Source: Octopus sinensis
Lineage: Eukaryota
Assembly (NCBI RefSeq): GCF_006345805.1
Contig: NW_021830452.1
Span: 884-64,883, forward strand
Direction: 5' to 3'
Length of the DNA stretch: 64,000 nt
Program-made: the position numbers and the translations under genes
The notes under the pieces: model-generated
Told to the model about the DNA's origin: nothing
What the model saw: the letters and a program-made list of their open reading frames with translations, nothing else
Database searches by the model: none
In this document: positions 26,056-39,399 of the stretch, one piece after another
Numbering within the stretch: the first letter of the stretch is position 1
How the letters are laid out: each line of letters starts with the position of its first letter

Positions 26056-26816
26056 GTATATGTTTGTATGCATATATTATGTTTATATTGCGCATAAGCG
26101 ACGAGAAAATCCAAAAATGGTTTTGAAATTCCAAACAAATTTCCTTGTGAAATTTGTTTTACAGCTAGTTACAGAGATGCTCCTCTCCCTTATTCGTCGC
26201 TGAATCAGAAATGCAGTGAAGCCCTAACTGGCTCTTTCAATACCTGGAACTATCAACACGATAGTTTACCTGTTACTATATTTATATACGTCATGGCTTT
26301 ATGACTAAGGTCAACATCTACTTTTCCTTACCCCCACACTGTCCTCCATATTGCTACATCAATTTTTCAAAAACGAAAAAAAGGAAAAAAAAAATATATT
26401 CATCAGTAATATAACGTTTTCCTCGGAGTTTTTCTATGTCAGTTTTAATGTTTTTCCAATTTTAAATACAAGTTTTATCAAGAGGCTTTTATAATAAACG
26501 TCTAAATTTCTATTTTCTCTTAACTGACATTTTTTTTCATCAATGTCAGATGCAATCAGAAAATGATGATATTGTTTATTATATTTTAATCCTCGGACTA
26601 CACTGAGAATGGTATGGTTGTTGTCGTTGTTGTTTATGTTCGGGTCGAGCTGTGATCAAAGACGTTCGAGCCATGACCATTCGTCTCTTTCTATGCACAA
26701 TACATCTAGGACTACATTAGTCAATGTGCCTTGACTCTTTTATTAAAACGGTAAGAAAACGGTATGATAAGCTTGAAGAAAAGATTTAGTATCTATTTCT
26801 AGCAGGTTAGAATACC

Positions 26817-27045
26817 TATTTCTTTATTACCCACATGGGGCTAAACACAGAGGGAACAAACAAGGACAGACATAGGTATTAAGTCGATTACATCGACCCC
26901 AGTTCGTAACTGGTACTTAATTTATCGACCCCGAAAGGATGAAAGGCAAAGTCGACCTCGGCGGAATTTGAACTCACAACGTAACGCAGACGAAATACCG
27001 CTAAACATTTCGCCCGGCGTGCTAACGTTTCTGCCAGCTCGCCGC
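26817..27045 (-). mobile_element. SINE family A, full length, 18-bp perfect TSD
   Basis: CTAGCAGGTTAGAATACC at 26799-26816 and 27046-27063. Confidence 0.95.
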
Positions 27046-27190
27046 CTAGCAGGTTAGAATACCGTTGTGCTCAAATATACACGACTGTTACGAGAGCTGG
27101 GGGGGGGGTTCAGTGAAATACGTGAAATACGAAATGCAGTTTCTCTTATTGTTGTTGATGTTGTTGTTGTTGCTGCTGTTGCTGTTGAGC

Positions 27191-27357
27191 GCTGTTGAGC
27201 GAGCGGTCTTCGTCCCAGAGCTCGCAAGATGGGAGAAGTCCGAAACGTAGTTCTTTGCTATTCGTAAGACCCGCAGAAGAGAAAGCTGGTCAACCCCCGA
27301 CACCGAGAGCATCGACGGATGGATGAATGCGCATCCAGGCTCAGCGGTTGCGTAGGA
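27191..27357. other. GC-rich island 3 replacing the 3' part of a SINE-A copy
   Basis: The SINE at 27358-27507 (-) breaks off mid-body into ~167 nt of unrelated sequence with pseudoknot potential. Confidence 0.55.
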
Positions 27358-27507
27358 AGTGCGTAACTGGTACTTATTTAATCGACCCCGAAAGGATGAA
27401 AGGCAAAGTCGACCTCGGCGGAATTTGAACTCAGAACTTAAAGACAGACAAAATATCGCTAAGCATTTCCTCCGGCGTGCCAATGATCCTGCCAGCTCAC
27501 CGCCTTA
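27358..27507 (-). mobile_element. SINE family A lacking its 3' part
   Basis: Homology to other copies. Confidence 0.88.
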
Positions 27508-27525
27508 ATGATGATGATGATGATG

Positions 27526-27563
<38 letters not shown>

Positions 27564-27564
<1 letters not shown>

Positions 27565-28050
27565 TGTACATTGTTTTGTCTTGGTATAAAAGATGGGCTA
27601 CAGCAAATATTCTGCTCAATACCACAGATTTGCTTGTCAGTTGTTTGACCATAACCAGTTGAGCATGTCCCTTCGTGGCTGACAATATGTGCATCTCTGA
27701 TCACGAGCAGAAGTAGTGGGGGAGCATCATAGCCATGTGTTGAGAGGATTCTTTGGGGTTTGAATAGTTCACCTCTGGAAACATGGTGGTTCTTTCAACA
27801 TCCTTAAACAACCCTTATTCAGGGACCGTTTGAGCGGGATGGGCTACTCAATCTGAAGAAAATTCTAACTGGGCCCCACCTGCAAGGTCATGTGCTGTTT
27901 ATCTTGATATGAGATCACCATGGCGCGCACATATGGTTGTGATGCATGTGCCTGGTGTACCTTTATCAGACGGGTAGTCATGATGGGTATATTGGGCTTC
28001 GTATATTTTACCCCAGTGTCACTTTGATGGCATGCACTGCTCTCTCACTC

Positions 28051-28121
<71 letters not shown>

Positions 28122-28607
28122 TGTACTTGTTTTGTCTTGGTATAAAAGATGGGCTACAGCAAATATTCTGCTCAATACCACAGATTTGCTTGTCAGTTGT
28201 TTGACCATAACCAGTTGAGCATGTCCCTTCGTGGCTGACAATATGTGCATCTCTGATCACGAGCAGAAGTAGTGGGGGAGCATCATAGCCATGTGTTGAG
28301 AGGGATTCTTTGGGGTTTGAATAGTTCACCTCTGGAAACATGGTGGTTCTTTCAACATCCTTAAACAACCCTTATTCAGGGACCGTTTGAGCGGGATGGG
28401 CTACTCAATCTGAAGAAAATTCTAACTGGGCCCCACCTGCAAGGTCATGTGCTGTTTATCTTGATATGAGATCACCATGTCGCGCACATATGGTTGTGAT
28501 GCATGTGCCTGGTGTACCTTTATCAGACGGGTAGTCATGATGGGTATATTGGGCTTCGTATATTTTACCCCAGTGTCACTTTGATGGCATGCACTGCTCT
28601 CTCACTC
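27564..28607 (+). mobile_element. Two tandem copies (27564-28050, 28121-28607) of a ~487-bp non-coding element in (AAT)n
   Basis: Near-identical copies, each followed by (AAT)n; longer third copy at 52558-53112. Confidence 0.92.
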
Positions 28608-28675
<68 letters not shown>

Positions 28676-29486
28676 GAAGAAGAAGAAGAAGAAAGAAGAA
28701 GAAGAAGAAGAAGCATAATGATGAGGAAGAGGAGGAGGAAGAGGATTTCTTTTATACCATGTAATCGACGAATGACGACATTGCATAAACGAATTGCCAA
28801 ACAATGGTGAAGGCGATGATAGTGGCGGCAGGTGGGGTGGGGGTGGGCTGGAGGTGCTGTTTTGAGCATAAAAATAATCAACAATTCTTTGTAGAAGGAC
28901 CAAAAAATGTTGTTTATGAGTAAAGGATGCAAAATATTGGTTTTAATGCATTTTCCAGAATTCCATACAATCGTTTCCTTGTATTTAAAGGCAAGACTTT
29001 CAAGAAATAAAAGAACTTTTCCTAAAAGAAGGAAATTTGATATTTTAACAGAGATTTGCAAACGTTTCTTCAAATAATTTTCATATTTTTACTGAGAAAT
29101 ATAAAGGATGTCGGGAGAGAAAATAGAAGAGATGGATATATATTAGAGTATATATGCAATGTATATAAAGCAAAAAAGTGATGGATGTATAATAGTAAAT
29201 GTATATATGTAATGTATAAAAGCAAATAGGAGAAACAAATGTATGTAAGTAAATGTATAAAAGAAATATGTTGTTAAGTAAATGCGTAGGAAAAATTTAT
29301 ATAAATGGGAGAGCTGAATGCAGGGAAGCAACAGTTAGAATAACATCAATCGTCAATACGATATAGGAATGTATTGTGTGTATATGCATGCATCTGTGTA
29401 TAATATATGTATAAATGTATGCCTGTGTATGAATGTACACGCACATATACATATACACGTAAAAGTGCAAATATATATATATGTAT

Positions 29487-29530
<44 letters not shown>

Positions 29531-29749
29531 GTGTATGTATACATATATATATATATATATATATTTATGTATGTGTGTATGTATGTATGTATGTATGCAT
29601 GCATGTATGTATTGTTTGAACTGGTCGTGACTTCTGGAACTTGACTGAGGAAAGAAAGCCTGTCCTAATTGTTGTTTCTCTTGTCCGCCTTTGTATCATC
29701 TTTCTGTCCGAATGTTTTAATGTCCTGTATTGCGTTTTTGTTCCCTTTA

Positions 29750-29784
<35 letters not shown>

Positions 29785-29849
29785 TTGATTGATTGATATA
29801 CACACTCATTCTCTTTCTCTCTCTCTCTATCTCTTTCTCATACACACAC

Positions 29850-29895
<46 letters not shown>

Positions 29896-30110
29896 GCACA
29901 CGCACTCACACACAAATAGATAGACAGACGGAATGGACAGAAAGGCAGACTGACAGAAAGACAGACAAGCAGACGGATAGGTAGATAGATAGATATGTAC
30001 ATACACTTATACATATGAATATAAAGAGAGAGAGAGAGAGAAGTACACACACATACACGCGCGCGCACACACGCGTGCACACATACACACGCACACACAC
30101 ACACACATAC

Positions 30111-30151
<41 letters not shown>

Positions 30152-30508
30152 ACACATAACCATTTATTTCTTATTGCAGATCTAAGGATGTAATCATAAA
30201 TACTGTTGTTAGAGAATATCTGTTATCAGATTCCTCATCAGTTGTCTTGATGTCGTCATTAATTAAATCTGACTTAATTTCTGCTGAGGTGGCCAATACA
30301 TTATGGTGGTGGTGGTGGTGGTGGTGATACTGATGGTGGTGATACTGATGATAGTGATAGTGCAGTTGGTGCCAGAGTGTTGATGGTTAGCGGTAGGGAC
30401 AGGGTATTCAGAGAACTCTTACACATTTCAATAACAGCAAGGCTGGTGGCCCAAAATATAACTGGGCCACCCAATGCGAACAACAGGGATGTTTTAAAAT
30501 AAAGTGAA

Positions 30509-30568
<60 letters not shown>

Positions 30569-30932
30569 TTACTTGGAAATAGATGCGTGGCGTTCAGTCA
30601 TATAATAATATAAATGTTATATATATATATATATTATATATATATATATATATGATATATATATTTATATGCATATATGCATACATATATGTACATACTT
30701 ACATGTATATGTATATACATATGCATATATGGGTACGGGACGTCATAGAACGTAGACAACGTAAAATACATTAACACAGAATACGAGCATTTTTTTGCGA
30801 ACAACGAAAGAAACAAATCGAAAACAAGACAAGCAACATAAAGAATATACTGTATATAGTTTGTCCCGCAGATAGGGTGCGATTCGAGGGAGATTTGACT
30901 ACTATTTCTACTGGTCAATCGACTATGTAGAA

Positions 30933-31671
30933 CAGTAGTTCTCGCATCTTTTCAATCTCAAGCACAGATTTTTTAATTATTTATTTTTAACTAAACGCTT
31001 TGAAACTTCGGATTCTGGTTGAATGTGTCACGTAGAACAGAGTTTACTGTTAACGATTTTGACAAAATTTTGTTTTTTAGAAGTTATTTCGTGTTAAAGT
31101 TGTCGTATTTGGGTAACTTGAACTAACCAAGGACGTGTATTCAGCTGAAGAAATTTACTGCTGCTGTTTGCGAACAACAGCTTGATTGATTAAAATTAGC
31201 CAAATACGACAACTTTATCACGAAATAACTTCTAAAATACAAAATTTTGTCAAAAACGCTAAGAGTAAATCGTGTTCTACGTGACACATTCAACTAGTAT
31301 CCGAAGTTTCAAAGTGATTAGTTTTAAAAAATTAATAGAAAAATATATGCTTGCGATTGAACAGATCTTAGTTCTCAACCGAGGTCCATACGACGCCTTG
31401 GGGTTCATTTAAGATATTATTGGTGGGGGTGGGGTCCACAATATTCTATGGGTCCAGAGAAAAAATTGCTTTAGATGTGTTTATTGCAAGAAAAAACTAG
31501 GTTTCTTTCTCTGGCATTTTACACAAGTGAATGACTGATAACGAAAATAAGAATTTTGAAAGAAGTATCTATCAAACCAGTTTTTAAACATCGAATGGTT
31601 ATGGGAGTTTACCAGAATAAAATAGTAATTAAAGGGGTCCATAGATAAAAAAATGTGGTTGAGAACCCTTG
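30933..31671 (-). mobile_element. hAT MITE (inverted homologue of 23493-23878) with a foldback element in its TIR
   Basis: CAGTAGTTCTC|AACC split by the insertion; other end GGTTGAGAACCCTTG; flanks ATGTAGAA / ACGTAGAG. Confidence 0.75.
30944..31368. mobile_element. Foldback / MULE-like element with ~170-bp inverted arms
   Basis: Arms ~30946-31116 and ~31196-31367; TAGTTCTC duplicated at 30936-43 and 31369-76. Confidence 0.8.
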
Positions 31672-32899
31672 ACGTAGAGGATTCCTCGTTTGCTCATGTT
31701 ATTATGGCTTCAAGGGGTTGGCGGAGTGCAGACAAATAAGAAAGGCTGCAAAAATATTTCTCTATGATACACAATCACACACTGAAGTTGATGGAGAGAT
31801 ACCAGCTAAACCCTTTAACATAGTCATCAAATAAGGAAAAGAGAGAGAGAGAAATTAGAGAGGAGGAGGGGAAGAGAAGAGGGAAGGAGGGAAGGCGTGA
31901 AACAGACAGAAAGACAGACGAGGAGGTAGAGGGTGAAGGAGAGAGGGGGTGCCGAGACAGATGTCGACATTCTGCTATATGTCATGCTCCTCTGATAAAA
32001 TCAAATCGGTGAAAATTCTTTTCTAAACACAAAAAGATCGAAAACTGGAATGACAAAAATGTGGTATTTTGGGACCGAGTATAAGATGGATTAGGGAGGA
32101 ACCTCGTTGAAGGACGCAGAAGCTGGACATATCCTTTAAAAACGAACTTTATCACACACGCACAAACACACACATACACACACACACACTCAGCTCATGT
32201 GTATGTGAATGTATGAGTACACATATGTATGATACATACATACTCACACGCATATATATATATGCAAGTATGTATATACACATATGTATCCATACACACA
32301 TATTCTAAGGAATGTGCTATGAACTCACACAGCAATAAGACAGACAATGATACACGTAAACAAACATACATACATACATACATACATACATACATACATA
32401 CCTACATACATACATACATACATACATACATACATACATACATACATACATACATACACACACACAAACACACATAGTACCCAACAAGAATGCTGGACAT
32501 TTACTGTCAATAGAAGTCTGTATTATTTACTTTGGGTTTTGGTCAGTTTGTAACCGGAATATGAAACTATTATTATATTATAATGTTGCTGTTGTTTTAT
32601 TTAATACCAGGTCAGGGCTGATAGAGGTTCTTTTTCATGTGTTCTCTCTCCTGAGTCTCCAATCTCTTAGGGAAAACTTCGAAATATTCTATAGGCTCAG
32701 ACAATTTTGGAGAAGAAGCAGAAACTCATCATCATCCGGTTGTGGATCGCGAATGGGATACCTCTTTCCATCGATGCGTAGCCACGTGACGAACAATGTG
32801 TTGCTTCGTCGGATACTTTTACAGTCGGATCACACTGTGGAGATATCTCAGCTAATGTTGCTGTCCAGGTTATTTATAATCAAAGGTGGCTGATTCGAA

Positions 32900-33600
32900 T
32901 GTTTGTTTACATAAGCAATGAACAAGTAGAAAAATTGAGCAAAATACTGCATTGCTAGCAAAACGGGATGTGATTAGTGTATATAATGTACAAGTTGAAC
33001 GATCCTGAATCGATCAATAGGAAACGATAGACTGATCAGCATTTTCATAAAATCAACTTTAAGATAACAAGATCTGGAAAATGATATACAAGCAAATATA
33101 AGAAAACTACTGCACCAGATGATAGATAAGGGATACACAAGTTAACTGCCTAGTGAGACATGAAACAGTATGGAAAACAGAATGCGATTACGCAGTAGAC
33201 AAGCATATATAGAAAGACTACTAAAATGATCAATGAGAAATAATATACATATATTTTTTTTTAAACGGAGGCTAACATGATATAAAAGCCGAAATGTAGA
33301 TAAATAATAGCGAAGTCAACCAATGAAAACATATAACATCCAACGAACTGGTAAATGAAATAACGAATAACATTGGTAACTGCTAAGCAATCATCAATTA
33401 CAAATAGATGAAAGGGAACGCCATTTTCCTGGCCCCTTTTTTTGAAAATGACTAGTCGCGATGGATGGGCAAGGCTCATGAGCTTTGCTAACTGGTGAGT
33501 ATGGCAGAGAAGATATCCAGTTTTTGGACATCTGTGTGAAATACGTGGGTGATAAGGGAATACTCGAGTAAGGATATTTTGGGTAAAAATAAAAAAGGTC
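32900..33600 (+). mobile_element. Possible highly decayed Penelope-like RT remnant
   Basis: Only fragments such as DLENDIQANIRKLLHQM and EDIQFLDICVK. Confidence 0.25.
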
Positions 33601-33728
33601 ATGGAGGGGAAAATTTACCATGAATTACCCGTTGGTTTACAGAGTTTTTTTGCTACTTCTCCGTTCTTTCTCTTCTTTACATATGGAAATATTGGAATAT
33701 TGTTTGTGCTTATATATGTACATACACA

Positions 33729-33966
33729 AAAGGCGGCGAGCTGGCAGAAACGTTAGCACGCCGGGTGAAATGCTTGAGCGGTATTTCGCCTGCTGCTACG
33801 TTCTGAGTTCAAATTCCGCCGAGGTCGACTTTGCCTTTCATCCTTTCGGGGTCGATTAAATAAGTACCAGTTACGCACTGGGGTCGATATAATCGACTTA
33901 ATCCGTGTGTCTGTCCTTGTTTGTCCCCTCTGTGTTTAGCCCCTTGTGGGTAGTAAAGAAGAAAAA
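33729..33966 (+). mobile_element. SINE family A, full length, 17-bp TSD
   Basis: ATATATGTACATACACA at 33712-33728 and 33967-33983. Confidence 0.93.
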
Positions 33967-34997
33967 ATATATGTACATACACAGATGCGCACACATACAT
34001 ATATACTGACATATGCACACACACGCGCACGCGCACGCAGACATGAATAAAATGGATCTACGTCGGTTTCGAAGATTTGTTTTCGGTTGCCAGACCCATT
34101 GGACTACCTGTTCATTGAATTAACGGGTAAATTGCCGAGTGTTCCACAGACCCGATTATATAAACACCCAAATACTCTCAACATAGTTATTAATTAGAAT
34201 CAGCGTAACTCCGTGTGTGAAAAGGTAGAATTTTCAATTAAAGGTATAGTCCGTCTGATAGGATTCCACGCAGTTTCCGTCATTCACTTTTATTCACAGG
34301 GTTTGTTCAATCCGATGGTATATAAAAAGACACTTCCTGAAGATAATTTTTAGTTTTTAAAACTGTAAAAATGCCCAGCTTGGAACATTAAAGACAAGAC
34401 GGCTGAATAATGGACAAGGTTCTCTACTTCCAGTTCATCGGGTTTATGTTCAAATCCAGTACAGGCGGTTGGTTGTGTCGCTGGAGAAGACACACAAAAT
34501 CATGTTTTTATAGTTAAACGAGCTGTGAAAAAACATGTATGAGAACATCGGCTTTATTTTTTTTGTCCATTCTTGTTTCCTGTTCATGGGGAGTTTTAAC
34601 TTTTTAACTTTCATCTGACACTACATGAACCAATGCAATCACCGTCTCCTGTTGTCCCCGAGAATTCTGGGAGAATTTCTTTTAAATTTTATTTACAATA
34701 TATCATTGATTGGTCCTGGGCAAGACATTGAAATGCATTTAGTAGTGAAGCTCCTGATCAAGAGTTCAGTAGTCTGGCGGAGTATGAAGTTACTCCTTAG
34801 TCATGACTACTTCCAGAACTACTCAAGCCCAGAGTGACGGGACCTTTTAAGAGACCTTCTTCTGCTCTTTGATTCAGTTATGGATCAAATGGCAGAAGAT
34901 GGTCGTGTAGTTAACGTGCATAGGACGCAGAAGGGGGTTAGTGTTAGACATGCTTCACAAAGATCCATTGGTGTGTAGGCAGGCTCTAATGTTATGT

Positions 34998-35341
34998 AAA
35001 AGGGGTAAAGACCCGCTTCGATCATGAATGACCATGGGATTGCACCTAGAAAAGATTCTCCTCCAGGGCACAAGTCCGGCACGGTTGTTTATGGAAGAAA
35101 AGCAGTCGGCCATGCATACCAGCGTCCCCTCACCACTCCACTGATGATATCCAAGGGAAAGGCAAAGGGACCGATACAGCTTGGCACCATTGATGTCACA
35201 AGTAATTTCTACAGCTGAGTGAACTGGAGCAACATGAAATAAAGTGTCTTGCTCAAGAACAAAGCACACAATCCGATCTGGAAATCGAACTCACGACCTC
35301 ATGATTATGAACCCCATGCTCTAACCACTGAGCCATGCGCC
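34998..35341 (-). mobile_element. tRNA-derived SINE family C
   Basis: Minus strand GGCGCATGGCTCAGTGGTTAGAGC..GTGAGTTCGATTTCC followed by TTCTTGAGCAAGACACTTTATTTCA..CTCCAGTTCACTCAGCTG (CORE/V/Meta-type central domain). Confidence 0.8.
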
Positions 35342-35487
35342 TTCACTGATGTTATGTGAACCATTCTAACCTGCTGAGGGATTGAATGGTCCCTGCGCCT
35401 CAACGGTAAGCAAAAGACTATCAGAATAAACGGGCAACCGTTGTATGTTTACTCAAATAAGACATGAATTTTAAAACGGAAGGTCCA

Positions 35488-35904
35488 GGCGCAAGAGTGG
35501 CTGTATGGGAAGTAGCTTGCTTACCAACCACATGGTTCCGGGTTCAGTCCCACTGCGTGGCACCTAGGGCAAGTGTCTTCTAGTATAGCCTCAGGCCGAT
35601 CAAAGCCTTGAGTGGATTTGGTGGGCGGAAACTGAAAGAAGCCTGTCGTATATATGTATAAATATATGTGTGTGTGTGTGTGTGTATGTTCGTGTGTCTG
35701 CGTGTGTCCCCCTAGCATTGCTTGACAACCGATGCTGGTGTGTTTATGTCCCCGTCACTTAGCGGTTCGGCAAAATAGCCCGATAGAATAAATACTAAGC
35801 TTACAAAGAATTAGTCCTGGAGTCAATTTGTTCGACTAAAGGCGGTGCTCCAGCATGGCCGCAGTCAAATGACTGAAACAAGTAAAAAGGTAAAGAGTAA
35901 AGAG
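35488..35904 (+). mobile_element. SINE family B, full length
   Basis: Same architecture as 2056-2466. Confidence 0.92.
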
Positions 35905-35935
35905 TATGGAAGGTTCATGATCGTTTACGCCTGTA

Positions 35936-35990
<55 letters not shown>

Positions 35991-37205
35991 GAAGATAGAA
36001 AGGGAAAGAAAGAGAGACAGTGTCGATGGTAGTAATCGAACATACACGAAATCCTAAACAAAGAACAAAAAAAAAAACACGAGTGCCACCGTTAATATTT
36101 GAACTCAAAAACTGTTGGTCAACGATAACATAAATAGCTTAAGAAAACAAACTCTTGCTCAACTTTATGCTTCGATAATTTGCATAGCAGCGCCGTTTCT
36201 AATTGTATTGCATCTGATGACAACAAAATTAATTTTATGCTGCAATGCAATTCTGTTTGGTACAGCTGAGTGCTGGCTCGTAAAATCTATTTCTCCTTCA
36301 TAAAGACATCCAAGTGTTGTCATTGAGTGTTAAATAACTTCTGTATTCATTTCGTATTCATTCAGTGTGAAGTAATATTGAAAGCAACTCCCTTGCATAA
36401 TCGAAGACATTCCATTTAAACATCATGCGTAAAGCAAAGCTGAACTTCCTAGACATATATACACTTGGGCACTTAAGATTCGACACTCATCTCACCAACT
36501 TATACAAATGAATCATAGTCTACCTCACTCTCTCTCTCTCTATCTCTCCCGCTCACACTCGCACATTCCCGCACACAAACACATACATACATGCATGTAC
36601 GCACACATCAATTTCCATTTGCATAGGTATACATCCATGTACACACCTATCCACACATATAGAATCAATCTATATAACTATCGTTATATATTTTTGTCAC
36701 AAATTAAAAAAGATTGGCAGAAGGAAGCTATTTCCTTAATCAGACTCTGCTTGTTACCGAAACAAAATATTCAGGCGTGCCACACGCACATACGTCAGCA
36801 AGTGTGTGTATACGCAAGTATGTATGTATGTATGTATGTATGTATGTATGTATGTATGTATGTATGTATGTATGTATGTATGTATGTATGTGTGTGTGTA
36901 TGTATGTATTATGTATGTATGTATTATGTATGTATGTGCTTGTGTATGTGTGAATACGTGCGTGCGTATATGCGTATGTGTGTGTGTAAAAATTGAACTA
37001 TATACCTTATATATACGCAGCAACCCTAGCTGCTAACGGTAAGTTATAAAGCAATTTTGTCAACTTATCGAACTTCGATATGAGAAAAAATTTATACCCT
37101 TCTACATCAATAAACCGCTAATGTTTCTGAAAGTTATTCTTCAAACTGTTCGAAGCTTACTAATTTCCTACATATTGATCCTTCGATCTTACCTTTATAT
37201 ATATA

Positions 37206-37422
37206 CGCGAGGAGTGCTGAAAAGTTTCTGGCTGTAAATATATCGCGAAAGGCCTGGTTCGAAGCCCAACCTTCCGAGTTCTTCTACCGGGATTAGAAAA
37301 ACTGAAATATCGCTGCTATAAGGGTGTGAATCTGAGATAGGAATATGTTGAATAAAATCATAATTTACTGATCCTCTTGCATTTTCTTTTACCCACGTTT
37401 AGGAACTTTTCAGCACTCCTTG
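37206..37422 (+). mobile_element. Mariner-derived MITE
   Basis: TIRs GAGGAGTGCTGAAAAGTTTCT / AGGAACTTTTCAGCACTCCTT; TA flanks; interior resembles a mariner C-terminus (FYRD/G..EKL..R..K..NL..EYVE*). Confidence 0.8.
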
Positions 37423-37442
37423 TATATACATACATACATACA

Positions 37443-37476
<34 letters not shown>

Positions 37477-38386
37477 CATACGCACACACATGCACACACA
37501 CATAACTACAAGGTGTCTTCATCAACTGACCTAATGTAATAGGTATGTACATGTTTTATGAGAGCTCAGTTTTGTTTACCTCTAAAAGTCTGGTCTTGAA
37601 CTGCAACTGAAAAATGAGGTACTGTAAATGCTTATCAAAGGTGGCTATAAGTGGCTTTTCCTTGAGCGAAATTCGTAATGTACCTTTAACTATAATTTCA
37701 CTATTCATTTAAACTTGGAACTACGAAACGCATATGCTTTTCATTCTGATCCTTCATTCATTTTTCAGCAAACTGGAAAGTACTAAAACCCTCGATTGGG
37801 TTGCTTCTTCATGTCTATGTTTTCTGACTTCTTTTCTTCGACGACGGTATACTTAGCTTGTGGAATCCTTACTCAATACCATGATCCACATGCTGGGATA
37901 TTCTAGAAACAGCTGTAGCAAACTCAAACTTTTTATCCTATTCTGTACTATGTTTATATTCTCTATTTAATTTAAATGCATTTCGAGTGATGCCAAAGGC
38001 TTTGCTTTTTCCTTCTCTACTTTAACCTATACATAAACGCACACACGCACACATACATCTATATGTACACACACGCACACACATCTATATGTATACACAC
38101 GCACACATAAAATGTGAGTTGAATGCAAACATATAAGAGAAAAGGAGTGAAAGGAAAGAGGGAGAGAGAACTATCAACTGCTTTGAGATTCACAAAGTGT
38201 ACTTCGATAAATTCTCATCAGAAATTTACTAATAGTTTTAATTAAAAATGAGATTAATCAAGTGTGTACATAGGAATGGAAGTGATTGGTGTTTGCAAGA
38301 AGTTGATACAGAATTTGCAATTCAAGGAATCCCATAAAGTTCTGTGAGTGTATGTTTATTCATGCATACACGCACACACATGTACG

Positions 38387-38435
<49 letters not shown>

Positions 38436-39399
38436 AAGAGAGAGGGACGGAGTTTAGGCAGGATTACAAACCAATAGCTAAAAGTTTCGTTCCGCCAAAT
38501 ATATTTAGTTGGTTGTATTTGTCACAGGGTGAAACGAAGAAATTATTCCGGTTAATCAACTTAGAAGTACGCTCGATGGAACAAGGCTGGTTGCACAAAA
38601 GCACATACGGCTGATGTTCCTCATGTTTCCCTTTCGGGGTACAGTCAATCATAACTTTGCCATTTCTGACATTTTTACCATTTTTTTAAATGACTTACTT
38701 CTATGTATTAAACATAGGAAATTACAACCCAATAAAAAAATGACTTACGGTTAGATTTTAGATTTTAGGATTTGGATTTAAAATTAAACTTTAAAGTTAT
38801 GGCTTAAGATATCAGTTTAAGGTGTTTAGGGTTCACATTTGTATAAATTATAGTGATGTACTGTCCTAATTTTACTTATTTATATAACTGTGTTTAAATG
38901 TTCGTTTCGGAACAGCACTGTTGTTGACATGTTTTTCTCCTGTTTTTCTTCGTGTTTTTCCGAAGAGTTTTTACAGATTTCAGTCTGTAAAAATTCTCTG
39001 TTTACTTAGATTTTATTAATTTATTCTATGTGAAGAAAAAAAAAAAAAAAACCATCCTGGTTTTGGTATTAAATATTCGTATCATTATAGATTGGAGACA
39101 GAAATTTGATATTTATATGAAATATTCATAATTTGGTATTCTAAGGGATTTTTGTTATTTTGCGTTACCATTATATATCCGGTTAGTACAAATGTTGGTT
39201 TATACATAAATGCATGATAAAAGATCTCTTAACCACTTGAGTTCAAATCCTGCAGAGGTTAATTATGCGGTCATCCTTTTGGGGCCCATAAATCAAAGAA
39301 GCAGTTAAATATTGAGGTCAATTTCTATAAAGCGGTCAGTGAGTAAATTCTAAGGGATGACTAAACGAATTCCACTCTGTCAAAATAATGATAATCCTT

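Noticed and set aside
27191-27250. Hammerhead in GC island 3 (CTGTTGA..CGAAACGTA)
   Set aside because: GAAA does not follow stem II and stem I cannot form; CTGTTGA may derive from the adjacent GTT/GCT repeat.
35270-35341. tRNA genes (also at 47518 and the SINE-B heads)
   Set aside because: A/B boxes are present but there is no complete cloverleaf, and each continues into a SINE body.
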